Origin: the human T2T-CHM13v2.0 reference genome, Homo sapiens
Strand: one strand, 5' to 3'
Assembly: GCF_009914755.1 (NCBI RefSeq)
Contig: NC_060929.1
Length of the DNA stretch: 64,000 nt
The translations under genes were made by a program, and so were the position numbers. Below the pieces are notes generated by a model that saw only the letters and a program-made list of their open reading frames with translations, was not told where the DNA came from and ran no database searches. Of this stretch, positions 48,906-63,400 are shown in pieces (the first letter of the stretch is position 1; each line of letters begins with the position of its first letter).

Positions 48906-51900
48906 GTGCAATTGGCAAGTGGAGATTTCAAGCGCTTTAAGGTCAATGGCAGAAAAGGAAATATCTTCGTTTCAAAACTAGACAGAATCATTCCCACAAA
49001 CTGCGTTGTGATGTGTTCGTTCATCTCACAGAGTTTAACCTTTCTTTTCATAGAGCAGTTAGGAAACACTCTGTTTGTAAATTCTGTAAGTGGATATTCT
49101 GACATCTTGTGGCCTTCGTTGGAAACGGGATTTCTTCATATTCTGCTAGACAGAAGAATTCTCAGAATCTTCCTTGTGTTGTGTGTATTCAACTCACACA
49201 GTTGAACGATGGTTTACACAGAGCAGATTTGAAACACTCTTTTTGTGGAATTTGCAAGTGGAGATTTCAGCCGCTTTGAGGTCAATGGTAGAAAAGGAAA
49301 TATCTTCGTATAAAAACTAGACAGAATGATTCTCAGAAACTTCTTTGTGATGTGTGCGTTCAACTCACAGAGTTTAACCTTTCTTTTCATAGAGCAGTTA
49401 GGAAACACTCTGTTTGTAAACTCTGCAAGTGGATATTCAGACCTCTTCGAGGCCTTCGTTGGAAACGGGATTTCTTCATACTGTGCTAGACAGAAGAATT
49501 CTCAGTAACTTCCTTGTGTTGTGTGTATTCAACTCACAGAGTTGAACGATCCTTTACACAGAGCAGACTTGAAACACTCTTTTTGTGGAATTTGCAAGTG
49601 GAGATTTCAGCCGCGTTGAGGTCAATGGTAGAAAAGGAAATATCTTCGTATAAAAACTAGACAGAATGATTCTCAGAAACTCCTTTGAGATGTGTGTGTT
49701 CAACTCACAGAGTTTAACCTTTCTTTTCATAGAGCAGTTAGGAATCACTCTGTTTGTAAAGTCTGCAGGTGGATATTCAGACCTCTTTGAGGCCTTCGTT
49801 GGAAACGGGTTTTTTTCATATAAGGCTAGAGAGAAGAATTCCCAGTAACTTCCTTGTGTTGTGTGTGTTCAACTCACAGAGTTGAACTTTCATTTACACA
49901 GAGCAGATTTGAAACACTCTTTTTGTGGAATTTGCAAGTGGAGATTTCAAGCGCTGTGAAGCCAAAGGCAGAAAAGGAAATATCTTCGTATAAAAACTAG
50001 ACAGAATCATTCTCAGAAACTGCTCTGCGATGTGTGCGTTCAACTCTCAGAGTTTAACTTTTCTTTTCATTCAGCAGTTTGGAAACACTCTGTTTGTAAA
50101 GTCTGCACGTGGATAATTTGACCACTTAGAGGCCTTCGTTGGAAACGGGTTTTTTTCATGTAAGGCTAGACAGAAGAATTCTCAGTAACTTCCTTGTGTT
50201 GTGTGTATTCAACTCACACGGTTGAACGATCCTTTACACAGAGCAGACTTGTAACACTCTTTTTGTGGAATTTGCAAGTGGAGATTTCAGCCGCTTTGAA
50301 GTCAAATGTAGAAAAGGAAATATCTTCCTATAAAAACTAGACAGAATGATTCTCAGAAACTCCTTTGTGATGTGTGCGTTCAACTCACAGAGTTTAACCT
50401 TTCTTTTCATAGAGCAGTTAGGAAACACTCTGTTTGTAAAGTCTGCAAGTGGATATTCAGACCTCTTTGAGGCCTTCGTTGGAAACGGGTTTTTGTCATA
50501 TAAGGCTAGACAGAAGAATTCCCAGTAACTTCCTTGTGTTGTGTGTGTTCAACTCACAGAGTTGAACTTTCATTTACACAGAGCAGATTTGAAACACTCT
50601 TTTTGTGGAATTTGCAAGTGGAGATTTCAAGCGCTTTGAGGCCAAAGGCAGAAAAGGAAATATCTTCGTATAAAAACTAGACAGAATCATTCTCAGAAAC
50701 TGCTCTGTGATGTGTGCGTTCAACTCTCAGAGTTTAACTTTTCTTTTCATTCAGCAGTTTGGAAACACTCTGTTTGTAAAGTCTGCACGTGGATAATTTG
50801 ACCACTTAGAGGCCTTCGTTGGAAACGGGTTTTTTTCATGTAAGGCTAGACAGAAGAGTTCTCAGTAACTTCCTTGTGTTGTGTGTATTCAACTCACACA
50901 GTTGAACGATCCTTTACACAGAGCAGACTTGTAACACTCTTTTTGTGGAATTTGCAAGTGGAGATTTCAGCCGCTTTGAAGTCAAAGTAGAAAAGGAAAT
51001 ATCTTCCTATAAAAACTAGACAGAATGATTCTCAGAAACTCCTTTGTGATGTGTGCGTTCAACTCACAGAGTTTAACCTTTCTTTTCATAGAGCAGTTAG
51101 GAAACACTCTGTTTGTAAAGTCTGCAAGTGGATATTCAGACCTCTTTGAGGCCTTCGTTGGAAACGGGTTTTTTTCATATAAGGCTAGACAGAAGAATTC
51201 CCAGTAACTTCCTTGTGTTGTGTGTGTTCAACTCACAGAGTTGAACTTTCATTTACACAGAGCAGATTTGAAACACTCTTTTTGTGGAATTTGCAGGTGG
51301 AGATTTCAAGCGCTTTGAGGCCAAAGGCAGAAAAGGAAATATCTTCGTATAAAAACTAGACAGAATCATTCTCAGAAACTGCTCTGCGATGTGTGCGTTC
51401 AACTCTCAGAGTTTAACTTTGCTTTTCATTCAGCAGTTTGGAAACACTCTGTTTGTAAAGTCTGCACGTGGATAATTTGACCACTTAGAGGCCTTCGTTG
51501 GAAACGGGTTTTTTTCATGTAAGGCTAGACAGAAGAATTCTCAGTAACTTCCTTGTGTTGTGTGTATTCAACTCACAGAGTTGAACGATCCTTTACACAG
51601 AGCAGACTTGTAACACTCTTTTTGTGGAATTTGCAAGTGGAGATTTCAGCCGCTTTGAAGTCAAAGGTAGAAAAGGAAATATCTTCCTATAAAAACTAGA
51701 CAGAATGATTCTCAGAAACTCCTTTGTGATGTGTGCGTTCAACTCACAGAGTTTAACCTTTCTTTTCATAGAGCAGTTAGGAAACACTCTGCTTGTAAAG
51801 TCTGCAAGTGGATATTCAGCCCTCTTTGAGGCCTTCGTTGGAAACGGGTTTTTTTCATATAAGGCTAGACAGAAGAATTCCCAGTAACTTCCTTGTGTTG

Positions 51901-54900
51901 TGTGTGTTCAACTCACAGAGTTGAACTTTGATTTACACAGAGCAGATTTGAAACACTCTTTTTGTGGAATTTGCAAGTGGAGATTTCAAGCGCTTTGAGG
52001 CCAAAGGCAGAAAAGGAAATATCTTCGTATAAAAACTAGACAGAATCATTCTCAGAAACTGCTCTGCGATGTGTGCGTTCAACTCTCAGAGTTTAACTTT
52101 TCTTTTCATTCAGCAGTTTGGAAACACTCTGTTTGTAAAGTCTGCACGTGGATATTTTGACCACTTAGAGGCCTTCGTTGGAAACGGGTTTTTTTCCTGT
52201 AAGGCTAGACAGAAGAATTCCCAGTAACTTCCTTGTGTTGTGTACATTCAACTCACAGAGTTGAACGTTCCCTTAGACAGAGCAGATTTGAAACACTCTT
52301 TTTGTGCAATTGGCAAGTGGAGATTTCAAGCGCTTTAAGGTCAATGGCAGAAAAGGAAATATCTTCGTTTCAAAACTAGACAGAATCATTCCCACAAACT
52401 GCGTTGTGATGTGTTCGTTCATCTCACAGAGTTTAACCTTTCTTTTCATAGAGCAGTTAGGAAACACTCTGTTTGTAAATTCTGTAAGTGGATATTCTGA
52501 CATCTTGTGGCCTTCGTTGGAAACGGGATTTCTTCATATTCTGCTAGACAGAAGAATTCTCAGAATCTTCCTTGTGTTGTGTGTATTCAACTCACACAGT
52601 TGAACGATGGTTTACACAGAGCAGATTTGAAACACTCTTTTTGTGGAATTTGCAAGTGGAGATTTCAGCCACTTTGAGGTCAATGGTAGAAAAGGAAATA
52701 TCTTCGTATAAAAACTAGACAGAATGATTCTCAGAAACTTCTTCGTGATGTGTGCGTTCAACTCACAGAGTTTAACCTTTCTTTTCATAGAGCAGTTAGG
52801 AAACACTCTGTTTGTAAACTCTGCAAGTGGATATTCAGACCTCTTTGAGGCCTTCGTTGGAAACGGGATTTCTTCATACTGTGCTAGACAGAAGAATTCT
52901 CAGTAACTTCCTTGTGTTGTGTGTATTCAACTCACAGAGTTGAACGATCCTTTACACAGAGCAGACTTGAAACACTCTTTTTGTGGAATTTGCAAGTGGC
53001 GATTTCAGCCGCGTTGAGGTCAATGGTAGAAAAGGAAATATCTTCGTATAAAAACTAGACAGAATGATTCTCAGAAACTCCTTTGAGATGTGTGTGTTCA
53101 ACTCACAGAGTTTAACCTTTCTTTTCATAGAGCAGTTAGGAATCACTCTGTTTGTAAAGTCTGCAAGTGGATATTCAGACCTCTTTGAGGCCTTCGTTGG
53201 AAACGGGTTTTTTTCATATAAGGCTAGACAGAAGAATTCCCAGTAACTTCCTTGTGTTGTGTGTGTTCAACTCACAGAGTTGAACTTTCATTTACACAGA
53301 GCAGATTTGAAACACTCTTTTTGTGGAATTTGCAAATGGAGATTTCAAGCGCTTTGAGGCCAAAGGCAGAAAAGGAAATATCTTCGTATAAAAACTAGAC
53401 AGAATCATTCTCAGAAACTGCTCTGCGATGTGTGCGTTCAACTCTCAGAGTTTAACTTTGCTTTTCATTCAGCAGTTTGGAAACACTCTGTTTGTAAAGT
53501 CTGCACGTGGATAATTTGACCACTTAGAGGCCTTCGTTGGAAACGGGTTTTTTTCATGTAAGGCTAGACAGAAGAATTCTCAGTAACTTCCTTGTGTTGT
53601 GTGTATTCAACTCACAGAGTTGAACGATCCTTTACACAGAGCAGACTTGTAACACTCTTTTTGTGGAATTTGCAAGTGGAGATTTCAGCCGCTTTGAAGT
53701 CAAAGGTAGAAAAGGAAATATCTTCCTATAAAAACTACACAGAATGATTCTCAGAAACTCCTTTGTGATGTGTGCGTTCAACTCACAGAGTTTAACCTTT
53801 CTTTTCATAGAGGAGTTAGGAAACACTCTGTTTGTAAAGTCTGCAAGTGGATATTCAGACCTCTTTGAGGCCTTCGTTGGAAACGGGTTTTTTTCATATA
53901 AGGCTAGACAGAAGAATTCCCAGTAACTTCCTTGTGTTGTGTGTGTTCAACTCACAGAGTTGAACTTTCATTTACACAGAGCAGATTTGAAACACTCTTT
54001 TTGTGGAATTTGCAAGTGGAGATTTCAAGCGCTTTGAGGCCAAAGGCAGAAAAGGAAATATCTTCGTATAAAAACTAGACAGAATCATTCTCAGAAACTG
54101 CTCTGTGATGTGTGCGTTCAACTCTCAGAGTTTAACTTTTCTTTTCATTCAGCAGTTTGGAAACACTCTGTTTGTAAAGTCTGCACGTGGATAATTTGAC
54201 CACTTAGAGGCCTTCATTGGAAACGGGTTTTTTTCATGTAAGGCTAGACAGAAGAGTTCTCAGTAACTTCCTTGTGTTGTGTGTATTCAACTCACACAGT
54301 TGAACGATCCTTTACACAGAGCAGACTTGTAACACTCTTTTTGTGGAATTTGCAAGTGGAGATTTCAGCCGCTTTGAAGTCAAAGTAGAAAAGGAAATAT
54401 CTTCCTATAAAAACTAGACAGAATGATTCTCAGAAACTCCTTTGTGATGTGTGCGTTCAACTCACAGAGTTTAACCTTTCTTTTCATAGAGCAGTTAGGA
54501 AACACTCTGTTTGTAAAGTCTGCAAGTGGATATTCAGACCTCTTTGAGGCCTTCGTTGGAAACGGGTTTTTTTCATATAAGGCTAGACAGAAGAATTCCC
54601 AGTAACTTCCTTGTGTTGTGTGTGTTCAACTCACAGAGTTGAACTTTCATTTACACAGAGCAGATTTGAAACACTCTTTTTGTGGAATTTGCAGGTGGAG
54701 ATTTCAAGCGCTTTGAGGCCAAAGGCAGAAAAGGAAATATCTTCGTATAAAAACTAGACAGAATCATTCTCAGAAACTGCTCTGCGATGTGTGCGTTCAA
54801 CTCTCAGAGTTTAACTTTTCTTTTCATTCAGCAGTTTGGAAACACTCTGTTTGTAAAGTCTGCACGTGGATAATTTGACCACTTAGAGGCCTTCGTTGGA

Positions 54901-57900
54901 AACGGGTTTTTTTCATGTAAGGCTAGACAGAAGAATTCTCAGTAACTTCCTTGTGTTGTGTGTATTCAACTCACAGAGTTGAACGATCCTTTACACAGAG
55001 CAGACTTGTAACACTCTTTTTGTGGAATTTGCAAGTGGAGATTTCAGCCGCTTTGAAGTCAAAGGTAGAAAAGGAAATATCTTCCTATAAAAACTAGACA
55101 GAATGATTCTCAGAAACTCCTTTGTGATGTGTGCGTTCAACTCACAGAGTTTAACCTTTCTTTTCATAGAGCAGTTAGGAAACACTCTGCTTGTAAAGTC
55201 TGCAAGTGGATATTCAGCCCTCTTTGAGGCCTTCGTTGGAAACGGGTTTTTTTCATATAAGGCTAGACAGAAGAATTCCCAGTAACTTCCTTGTGTTGTG
55301 TGTGTTCAACTCACAGAGTTGAACTTTGATTTACACAGAGCAGATTTGAAACACTCTTTTTGTGGAATTTGCAAGTGGAGATTTCAAGCGCTTTGAGGCC
55401 AAAGGCAGAAAAGGAAATATCTTCGTATAAAAACTAGACAGAATCATTCTCAGAAACTGCTCTGCGATGTGTGCGTTCAACTCTCAGAGTTTAACTTTTC
55501 TTTTCATTCAGCAGTTTGGAAACACTCTGTTTGTAAAGTCTGCACGTGGATATTTTGACCACTTAGAGGCCTTCGTTGGAAACGGGTTTTTTTCCTGTAA
55601 GGCTAGACAGAAGAATTCCCAGTAACTTCCTTGTGTTGTGTACATTCAACTCACAGAGTTGAACGTTCCCTTAGACAGAGCAGATTTGAAACACTCTTTT
55701 TGTGCAATTGGCAAGTGGAGATTTCAAGCGCTTTAAGGTCAATGGCAGAAAAGGAAATATCTTCGTTTCAAAACTAGACGGAATCATTCCCACAAACTGC
55801 GTTGTGATGTGTTCGTTCATCTCACAGAGTTTAACCTTTCTTTTCATAGAGCAGTTAGGAAACACTCTGTTTGTAAATTCTGTAAGTGGATATTCTGACA
55901 TCTTGTGGCCTTCGTTGGAAACGGGATTTCTTCATATTCTGCTAGACAGAAGAATTCTCAGAATCTTCCTTGTGTTGTGTGTATTCAACTCACACAGTTG
56001 AACGATGGTTTACACAGAGCAGATTTGAAACACTCTTTTTGTGGAATTTGCAAGTGGAGATTTCAGCCGCTTTGAGGTCAATGGTAGAAAAGGAAATATT
56101 TTCGTATAAAAACTAGACAGAATGATTCTCAGAAACTTCTTTGTGATGTGTGCGTTCAACTCACAGAGTTTAACCTTTCTTTTCATAGAGCAGTTAGGAA
56201 ACACTCTGTTTGTAAACTCTGCAAGTGGATATTCAGACCTCTTTGAGGCCTTCGTTGGAAACGGGATTTCTTCATACTGTGCTAGACAGAAGAATTCTCA
56301 GTAACTTCCTTGTGTTGTGTGTATTCAACTCACAGAGTTGAACGATCCTTTACACAGAGCAGACTTGAAACACTCTTTTTGTGGAATTTGCAAGTGGAGA
56401 TTTCAGCCGCGTTGAGGTCAATGGTAGAAAAGGAAATATCTTCGTATAAAAACTAGACAGAATGATTCTCAGAAACTCCTTTGAGATGTGTGTGTTCAAC
56501 TCACAGAGTTTAACCTTTCTTTTCATAGAGCAGTTAGGAATCACTCTGTTTGTAAAGTCTGCAAGTGGATATTCAGACCTCTTTGAGGCCTTCGTTGGAA
56601 AAGGGTTTTTTTCATATAAGGCTAGAGAGAAGAATTCCCAGTAACTTCCTTGTGTTGTGTGTGTTCAACTCACAGAGTTGAACTTTCATTTACACAGAGC
56701 AGATTTGAAACACTCTTTTTGTGGAATTTGCAAGTGGAGATTTCAAGCGCTGTGAGGCCAAAGGCAGAAAAGGAAATATCTTCGTATAAAAACTAGACAG
56801 AATCATTCTCAGAAACTGCTCTGCGATGTGTGCGTTCAACTCTCAGAGTTTAACTTTTCTTTTCATTCAGCAGTTTGGAAACACTCTGTTTGTAAAGTCT
56901 GCACGTGGATAATTTGACCACTTAGAGGCCTTCGTTGGAAACGGGTTTTTTTCATGTAAGGCTAGACAGAAGAATTCTCAGTAACTTCCTTGTGTTGTGT
57001 GTATTCAACTCACACAGTTGAACGATCCTTTACACAGAGCAGACTTGTAACACTCTTTTTGTGGAATTTGCAAGTGGAGATTTCAGCCGCTTTGAAGTCA
57101 AATGTAGAAAAGGAAATATCTTCCTATAAAAACTAGACAGAATGATTCTCAGAAACTCCTTTGTGATGTGTGCGTTCAACTCACAGAGTTTAACCTTTCT
57201 TTTCATAGAGCAGTTAGGAAACACTCTGTTTGTAAAGTCTGCAAGTGGATATTCAGACCTCTTTGAGGCCTTCGTTGGAAACGGGTTTTTTTCATATAAG
57301 GCTAGACAGAAGAATTCCCAGTAACTTCCTTGTGTTGTGTGTGTTCAACTCACAGAGTTGAACTTTCATTTACACAGAGCAGATTTGAAACACTCTTTTT
57401 GTGGAATTTGCAAGTGGAGATTTCAAGCGCTTTGAGGCCAAAGGCAGAAAAGGAAATATCTTCGTATAAAAACTAGACAGAATCATTCTCAGAAACTGCT
57501 CTGTGATGTGTGCGTTCAACTCTCAGAGTTTAACTTTTCTTTTCATTCAGCAGTTTGGAAACACTCTGTTTGTAAAGTCTGCACGTGGATAATTTGACCA
57601 CTTAGAGGCCTTCGTTGGAAACGGGTTTTTTTCATGTAAGGCTAGACAGAAGAGTTCTCAGTAACTTCCTTGTGTTGTGTGTATTCAACTCACACAGTTG
57701 AACGATCCTTTACACAGAGCAGACTTGTAACACTCTTTTTGTGGAATTTGCAAGTGGAGATTTCAGCCGCTTTGAAGTCAAAGTAGAAAAGGAAATATCT
57801 TCCTATAAAAACTAGACAGAATGATTCTCAGAAACTCCTTTGTGATGTGTGCGTTCAACTCACAGAGTTTAACCTTTCTTTTCATAGAGCAGTTAGGAAA

Positions 57901-59099
57901 CACTCTGTTTGTAAAGTCTGCAAGTGGATATTCAGACCTCTTTGAGGCCTTCGTTGGAAACGGGTTTTTTTCATATAAGGCTAGACAGAAGAATTCCCAG
58001 TAACTTCCTTGTGTTGTGTGTGTTCAACTCACAGAGTTGAACTTTCATTTACACAGAGCAGATTTGAAACACTCTTTTTGTGGAATTTGCAGGTGGAGAT
58101 TTCAAGCGCTTTGAGGCCAAAGGCAGAAAAGGAAATATCTTCGTATAAAAACTAGACAGAATCATTCTCAGAAACTGCTCTGCGATGTGTGCGTTCAACT
58201 CTCAGAGTTTAACTTTTCTTTTCATTCAGCAGTTTGGAAACACTCTGTTTGTAAAGTCTGCACGTGGATAATTTGACCACTTAGAGGCCTTCGTTGGAAA
58301 CGGGTTTTTTTCATGTAAGGCTAGACAGAAGAATTCTCAGTAACTTCCTTGTGTTGTGTGTATTCAACTCACAGAGTTGAACGATCCTTTACACAGAGCA
58401 GACTTGTAACACTCTTTTTGTGGAATTTGCAAGTGGAGATTTCAGCCGCTTTGAAGTCAAAGGTAGAAAAGGAAATATCTTCCTATAAAAACTAGACAGA
58501 ATGATTCTCAGAAACTCCTTTGTGATGTGTGCGTTCAACTCACAGAGTTTAACCTTTCTTTTCATAGAGCAGTTAGGAAACACTCTGCTTGTAAAGTCTG
58601 CAAGTGGATATTCAGCCCTCTTTGAGGCCTTCGTTGGAAACGGGTTTTTTTCATATAAGGCTAGACAGAAGAATTCCCAGTAACTTCCTTGTGTTGTGTG
58701 TGTTCAACTCACAGAGTTGAACTTTGATTTACACAGAGCAGATTTGAAACACTCTTTTTGTGGAATTTGCAAGTGGAGATTTCAAGCGCTTTGAGGCCAA
58801 AGGCAGAAAAGGAAATATCTTCGTATAAAAACTAGACAGAATCATTCTCAGAAACTGCTCTGCGATGTGTGCGTTCAACTCTCAGAGTTTAACTTTTCTT
58901 TTCATTCAGCAGTTTGGAAACACTCTGTTTGTAAAGTCTGCACGTGGATATTTTGACCACTTAGAGGCCTTCGTTGGAAACGGGTTTTTTTCCTGTAAGG
59001 CTAGACAGAAGAATTCCCAGTAACTTCCTTGTGTTGTGTACATTCAACTCACAGAGTTGAACGTTCCCTTAGACAGAGCAGATTTGAAACACTCTTTTT
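48906..59099 (+). repeat. Three consecutive 20-mers (3398 bp)
   Basis: Landmarks at 48906, 52304, 55702 and 59100. Confidence 0.9.
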
Positions 59100-60458
59100 G
59101 TGCAATTGGCAAGTGGAGATTTCAAGCGCTTTAAGGTCAATGGCAGAAAAGGAAATATCTTCGTTTCAAAACTAGACAGAATCATTCCCACAAACTGCGT
59201 TGTGATGTGTTCGTTCATCTCACAGAGTTTAACCTTTCTTTTCATAGAGCAGTTAGGAAACACTCTGTTTGTAAATTCTGTAAGTGGATATTCTGACATC
59301 TTGTGGCCTTCGTTGGAAACGGGATTTCTTCATATTCTGCTAGACAGAAGAATTCTCAGAATCTTCCTTGTGTTGTGTGTATTCAACTCACACAGTTGAA
59401 CGATGGTTTACACAGAGCAGATTTGAAACACTCTTTTTGTGGAATTTGCAAGTGGAGATTTCAGCCGCTTTGAGGTCAATGGTAGAAAAGGAAATATCTT
59501 CGTATAAAAACTAGACAGAATGATTCTCAGAAACTTCTTTGTGATGTGTGCGTTCAACTCACAGAGTTTAACCTTTCTTTTCATAGAGCAGTTAGGAAAC
59601 ACTCTGTTTGTAAACTCTGCAAGTGGATATTCAGACCTCTTTGAGGCCTTCGTTGGAAACGGGATTTCTTCATACTGTGCTAGACAGAAGAATTCTCAGT
59701 AACTTCCTTGTGTTGTGTGTATTCAACTCACAGAGTTGAACGATCCTTTACACAGAGCAGACTTGAAACACTCTTTTTGTGGAATTTGCAAGTGGAGATT
59801 TCAGCCGCGTTGAGGTCAATGGTAGAAAAGGAAATATCTTCGTATAAAAACTAGACAGAATGATTCTCAGAAACTCCTTTGAGATGTGTGTGTTCAACTC
59901 ACAGAGTTTAACCTTTCTTTTCATAGAGCAGTTAGGAATCACTCTGTTTGTAAAGTCTGCAAGTGGATATTCAGACCTCTTTGAGGCCTTCGTTGGAAAC
60001 GGGTTTTTTTCATATAAGGCTAGACAGAAGAATTCCCAGTAACTTCCTTGTGTTGTGTGTGTTCAACTCACAGAGTTGAACTTTCATTTACACAGAGCAG
60101 ATTTGAAACACTCTTTTTGTGGAATTTGCAAATGGAGATTTCAAGCGCTTTGAGGCCAAAGGCAGAAAAGGAAATATCTTCGTATAAAAACTAGACAGAA
60201 TCATTCTCAGAAACTGCTCTGCGATGTGTGCGTTCAACTCTCAGAGTTTAACTTTTCTTTTCATTCAGCAGTTTGGAAACACTCTGTTTGTAAAGTCTGC
60301 ACGTGGATATTTTGACCACTTAGAGGCCTTCGTTGGAAACGGGTTTTTTTCCTGTAAGGCTAGACAGAAGAATTCCCAGTAACTTCCTTGTGTTGTGTAC
60401 ATTCAACTCACAGAGTTGAACGTTCCCTTAGACAGAGCAGATTTGAAACACTCTTTTT
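59100..60458 (+). repeat. 8-mer HOR variant (1359 bp)
   Basis: Landmark spacing 59100->60459; same marker pattern as the 8-mer at 2697. Confidence 0.9.
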
Positions 60459-63400
60459 GTGCAATTGGCAAGTGGAGATTTCAAGCGCTTTAAGGTCAAT
60501 GGCAGAAAAGGAAATATCTTCGTTTCAAAACTAGACAGAATCATTCCCACAAACTGCGTTGTGATGTGTTCGTTCATCTCACAGAGTTTAACCTTTCTTT
60601 TCATAGAGCAGTTAGGAAACACTCTGTTTGTAAATTCTGTAAGTGGATATTCTGACATCTTGTGGCCTTCGTTGGAAACGGGATTTCTTCATATTCTGCT
60701 AGACAGAAGAATTCTCAGAATCTTCCTTGTGTTGTGTGTATTCAACTCACACAGTTGAACGATGGTTTACACAGAGCAGATTTGAAACACTCTTTTTGTG
60801 GAATTTGCAAGTGGAGATTTCAGCCGCTTTGAGGTCAATGGTAGAAAAGGAAATATCTTCGTATAAAAACTAGACAGAATGATTCTCAGAAACTTCTTTG
60901 TGATGTGTGCGTTCAACTCACAGAGTTTAACCTTTCTTTTCATAGAGCAGTTAGGAAACACTCTGTTTGTAAACTCTGCAAGTGGATATTCAGACCTCTT
61001 TGAGGCCTTCGTTGGAAACGGGATTTCTTCATACTGTGCTAGACAGAAGAATTCTCAGTAACTTCCTTGTGTTGTGTGTATTCAACTCACAGAGTTGAAC
61101 GATCCTTTACACAGAGCAGACTTGAAACACTCTTTTTGTGGAATTTGCAAGTGGAGATTTCAGCCGCGTTGAGGTCAATGGTAGAAAAGGAAATATCTTC
61201 GTATAAAAACTAGACAGAATGATTCTCAGAAACTCCTTTGAGATGTGTGTGTTCAACTCACAGAGTTTAACCTTTCTTTTCATAGAGCAGTTAGGAATCA
61301 CTCTGTTTGTAAAGTCTGCAAGTGGATATTCAGACCTCTTTGAGGCCTTCGTTGGAAACGGGTTTTTTTCATATAAGGCTAGACAGAAGAATTCCCAGTA
61401 ACTTCCTTGTGTTGTGTGTGTTCAACTCACAGAGTTGAACTTTCATTTACACAGAGCAGATTTGAAACACTCTTTTTGTGGAATTTGCAAATGGAGATTT
61501 CAAGCGCTTTGAGGCCAAAGGCAGAAAAGGAAATATCTTCGTATAAAAACTAGACAGAATCATTCTCAGAAACTGCTCTGCGATGTGTGCGTTCAACTCT
61601 CAGAGTTTAACTTTGCTTTTCATTCAGCAGTTTGGAAACACTCTGTTTGTAAAGTCTGCACGTGGATAATTTGACCACTTAGAGGCCTTCGTTGGAAACG
61701 GGTTTTTTTCATGTAAGGCTAGACAGAAGAATTCTCAGTAACTTCCTTGTGTTGTGTGTATTCAACTCACAGAGTTGAACGATCCTTTACACAGAGCAGA
61801 CTTGTAACACTCTTTTTGTGGAATTTGCAAGTGGAGATTTCAGTCGCTTTGAAGTCAAAGGTAGAAAAGGAAATATCTTCCTATAAAAACTACACAGAAT
61901 GATTCTCAGAAACTCCTTTGTGATGTGTGCGTTCAACTCACAGAGTTTAACCTTTCTTTTCATAGAGGAGTTAGGAAACACTCTGTTTGTAAAGTCTGCA
62001 AGTGGATATTCAGACCTCTTTGAGGCCTTCGTTGGAAACGGGTTTTTTTCATATAAGGCTAGACAGAAGAATTCCCAGTAACTTCCTTGTGTTGTGTGTG
62101 TTCAACTCACAGAGTTGAACTTTCATTTACACAGAGCAGATTTGAAACACTCTTTTTGTGGAATTTGCAAGTGGAGATTTCAAGCGCTTTGAGGCCAAAG
62201 GCAGAAAAGGAAATATCTTCGTATAAAAACTAGACAGAATCATTCTCAGAAACTGCTCTGTGATGTGTGCGTTCAACTCTCAGAGTTTAACTTTTCTTTT
62301 CATTCAGCAGTTTGGAAACACTCTGTTTGTAAAGTCTGCACGTGGATAATTTGACCACTTAGAGGCCTTCGTTGGAAACGGGTTTTTTTCATGTAAGGCT
62401 AGACAGAAGAGTTCTCAGTAACTTCCTTGTGTTGTGTGTATTCAACTCACACAGTTGAACGATCCTTTACACAGAGCAGACTTGTAACACTCTTTTTGTG
62501 GAATTTGCAAGTGGAGATTTCAGCCGCTTTGAAGTCAAAGTAGAAAAGGAAATATCTTCCTATAAAAACTAGACAGAATGATTCTCAGAAACTCCTTTGT
62601 GATGTGTGCGTTCAACTCACAGAGTTTAACCTTTCTTTTCATAGAGCAGTTAGGAAACACTCTGTTTGTAAAGTCTGCAAGTGGATATTCAGACCTCTTT
62701 GAGGCCTTCGTTGGAAACGGGTTTTTTTCATATAAGGCTAGACAGAAGAATTCCCAGTAACTTCCTTGTGTTGTGTGTGTTCAACTCACAGAGTTGAACT
62801 TTCATTTACACAGAGCAGATTTGAAACACTCTTTTTGTGGAATTTGCAAGTGGAGATTTCAAGCGCTTTGAGGCCAAAGGCAGAAAAGGAAATATCTTCG
62901 TATAAAAACTAGACAGAATCATTCTCAGAAACTGCTCTGTGATGTGTGCGTTCAACTCTCAGAGTTTAACTTTTCTTTTCATTCAGCAGTTTGGAAACAC
63001 TCTGTTTGTAAAGTCTGCACGTGGATAATTTGACCACTTAGAGGCCTTCGTTGGAAACGGGTTTTTTTCATGTAAGGCTAGACAGAAGAGTTCTCAGTAA
63101 CTTCCTTGTGTTGTGTGTATTCAACTCACACAGTTGAACGATCCTTTACAGAGAGCAGACTTGTAACACTCTTTTTGTGGAATTTGCAAGTGGAGATTTC
63201 AGCCGCTTTGAAGTCAAAGTAGAAAAGGAAATATCTTCCTATAAAAACTAGACAGAATGATTCTCAGAAACTCCTTTGTGATGTGTGCGTTCAACTCACA
63301 GAGTTTAACCTTTCTTTTCATAGAGCAGTTAGGAAACACTCTGTTTGTAAAGTCTGCAAGTGGATATTCAGACCTCTTTGAGGCCTTCGTTGGAAACGGG

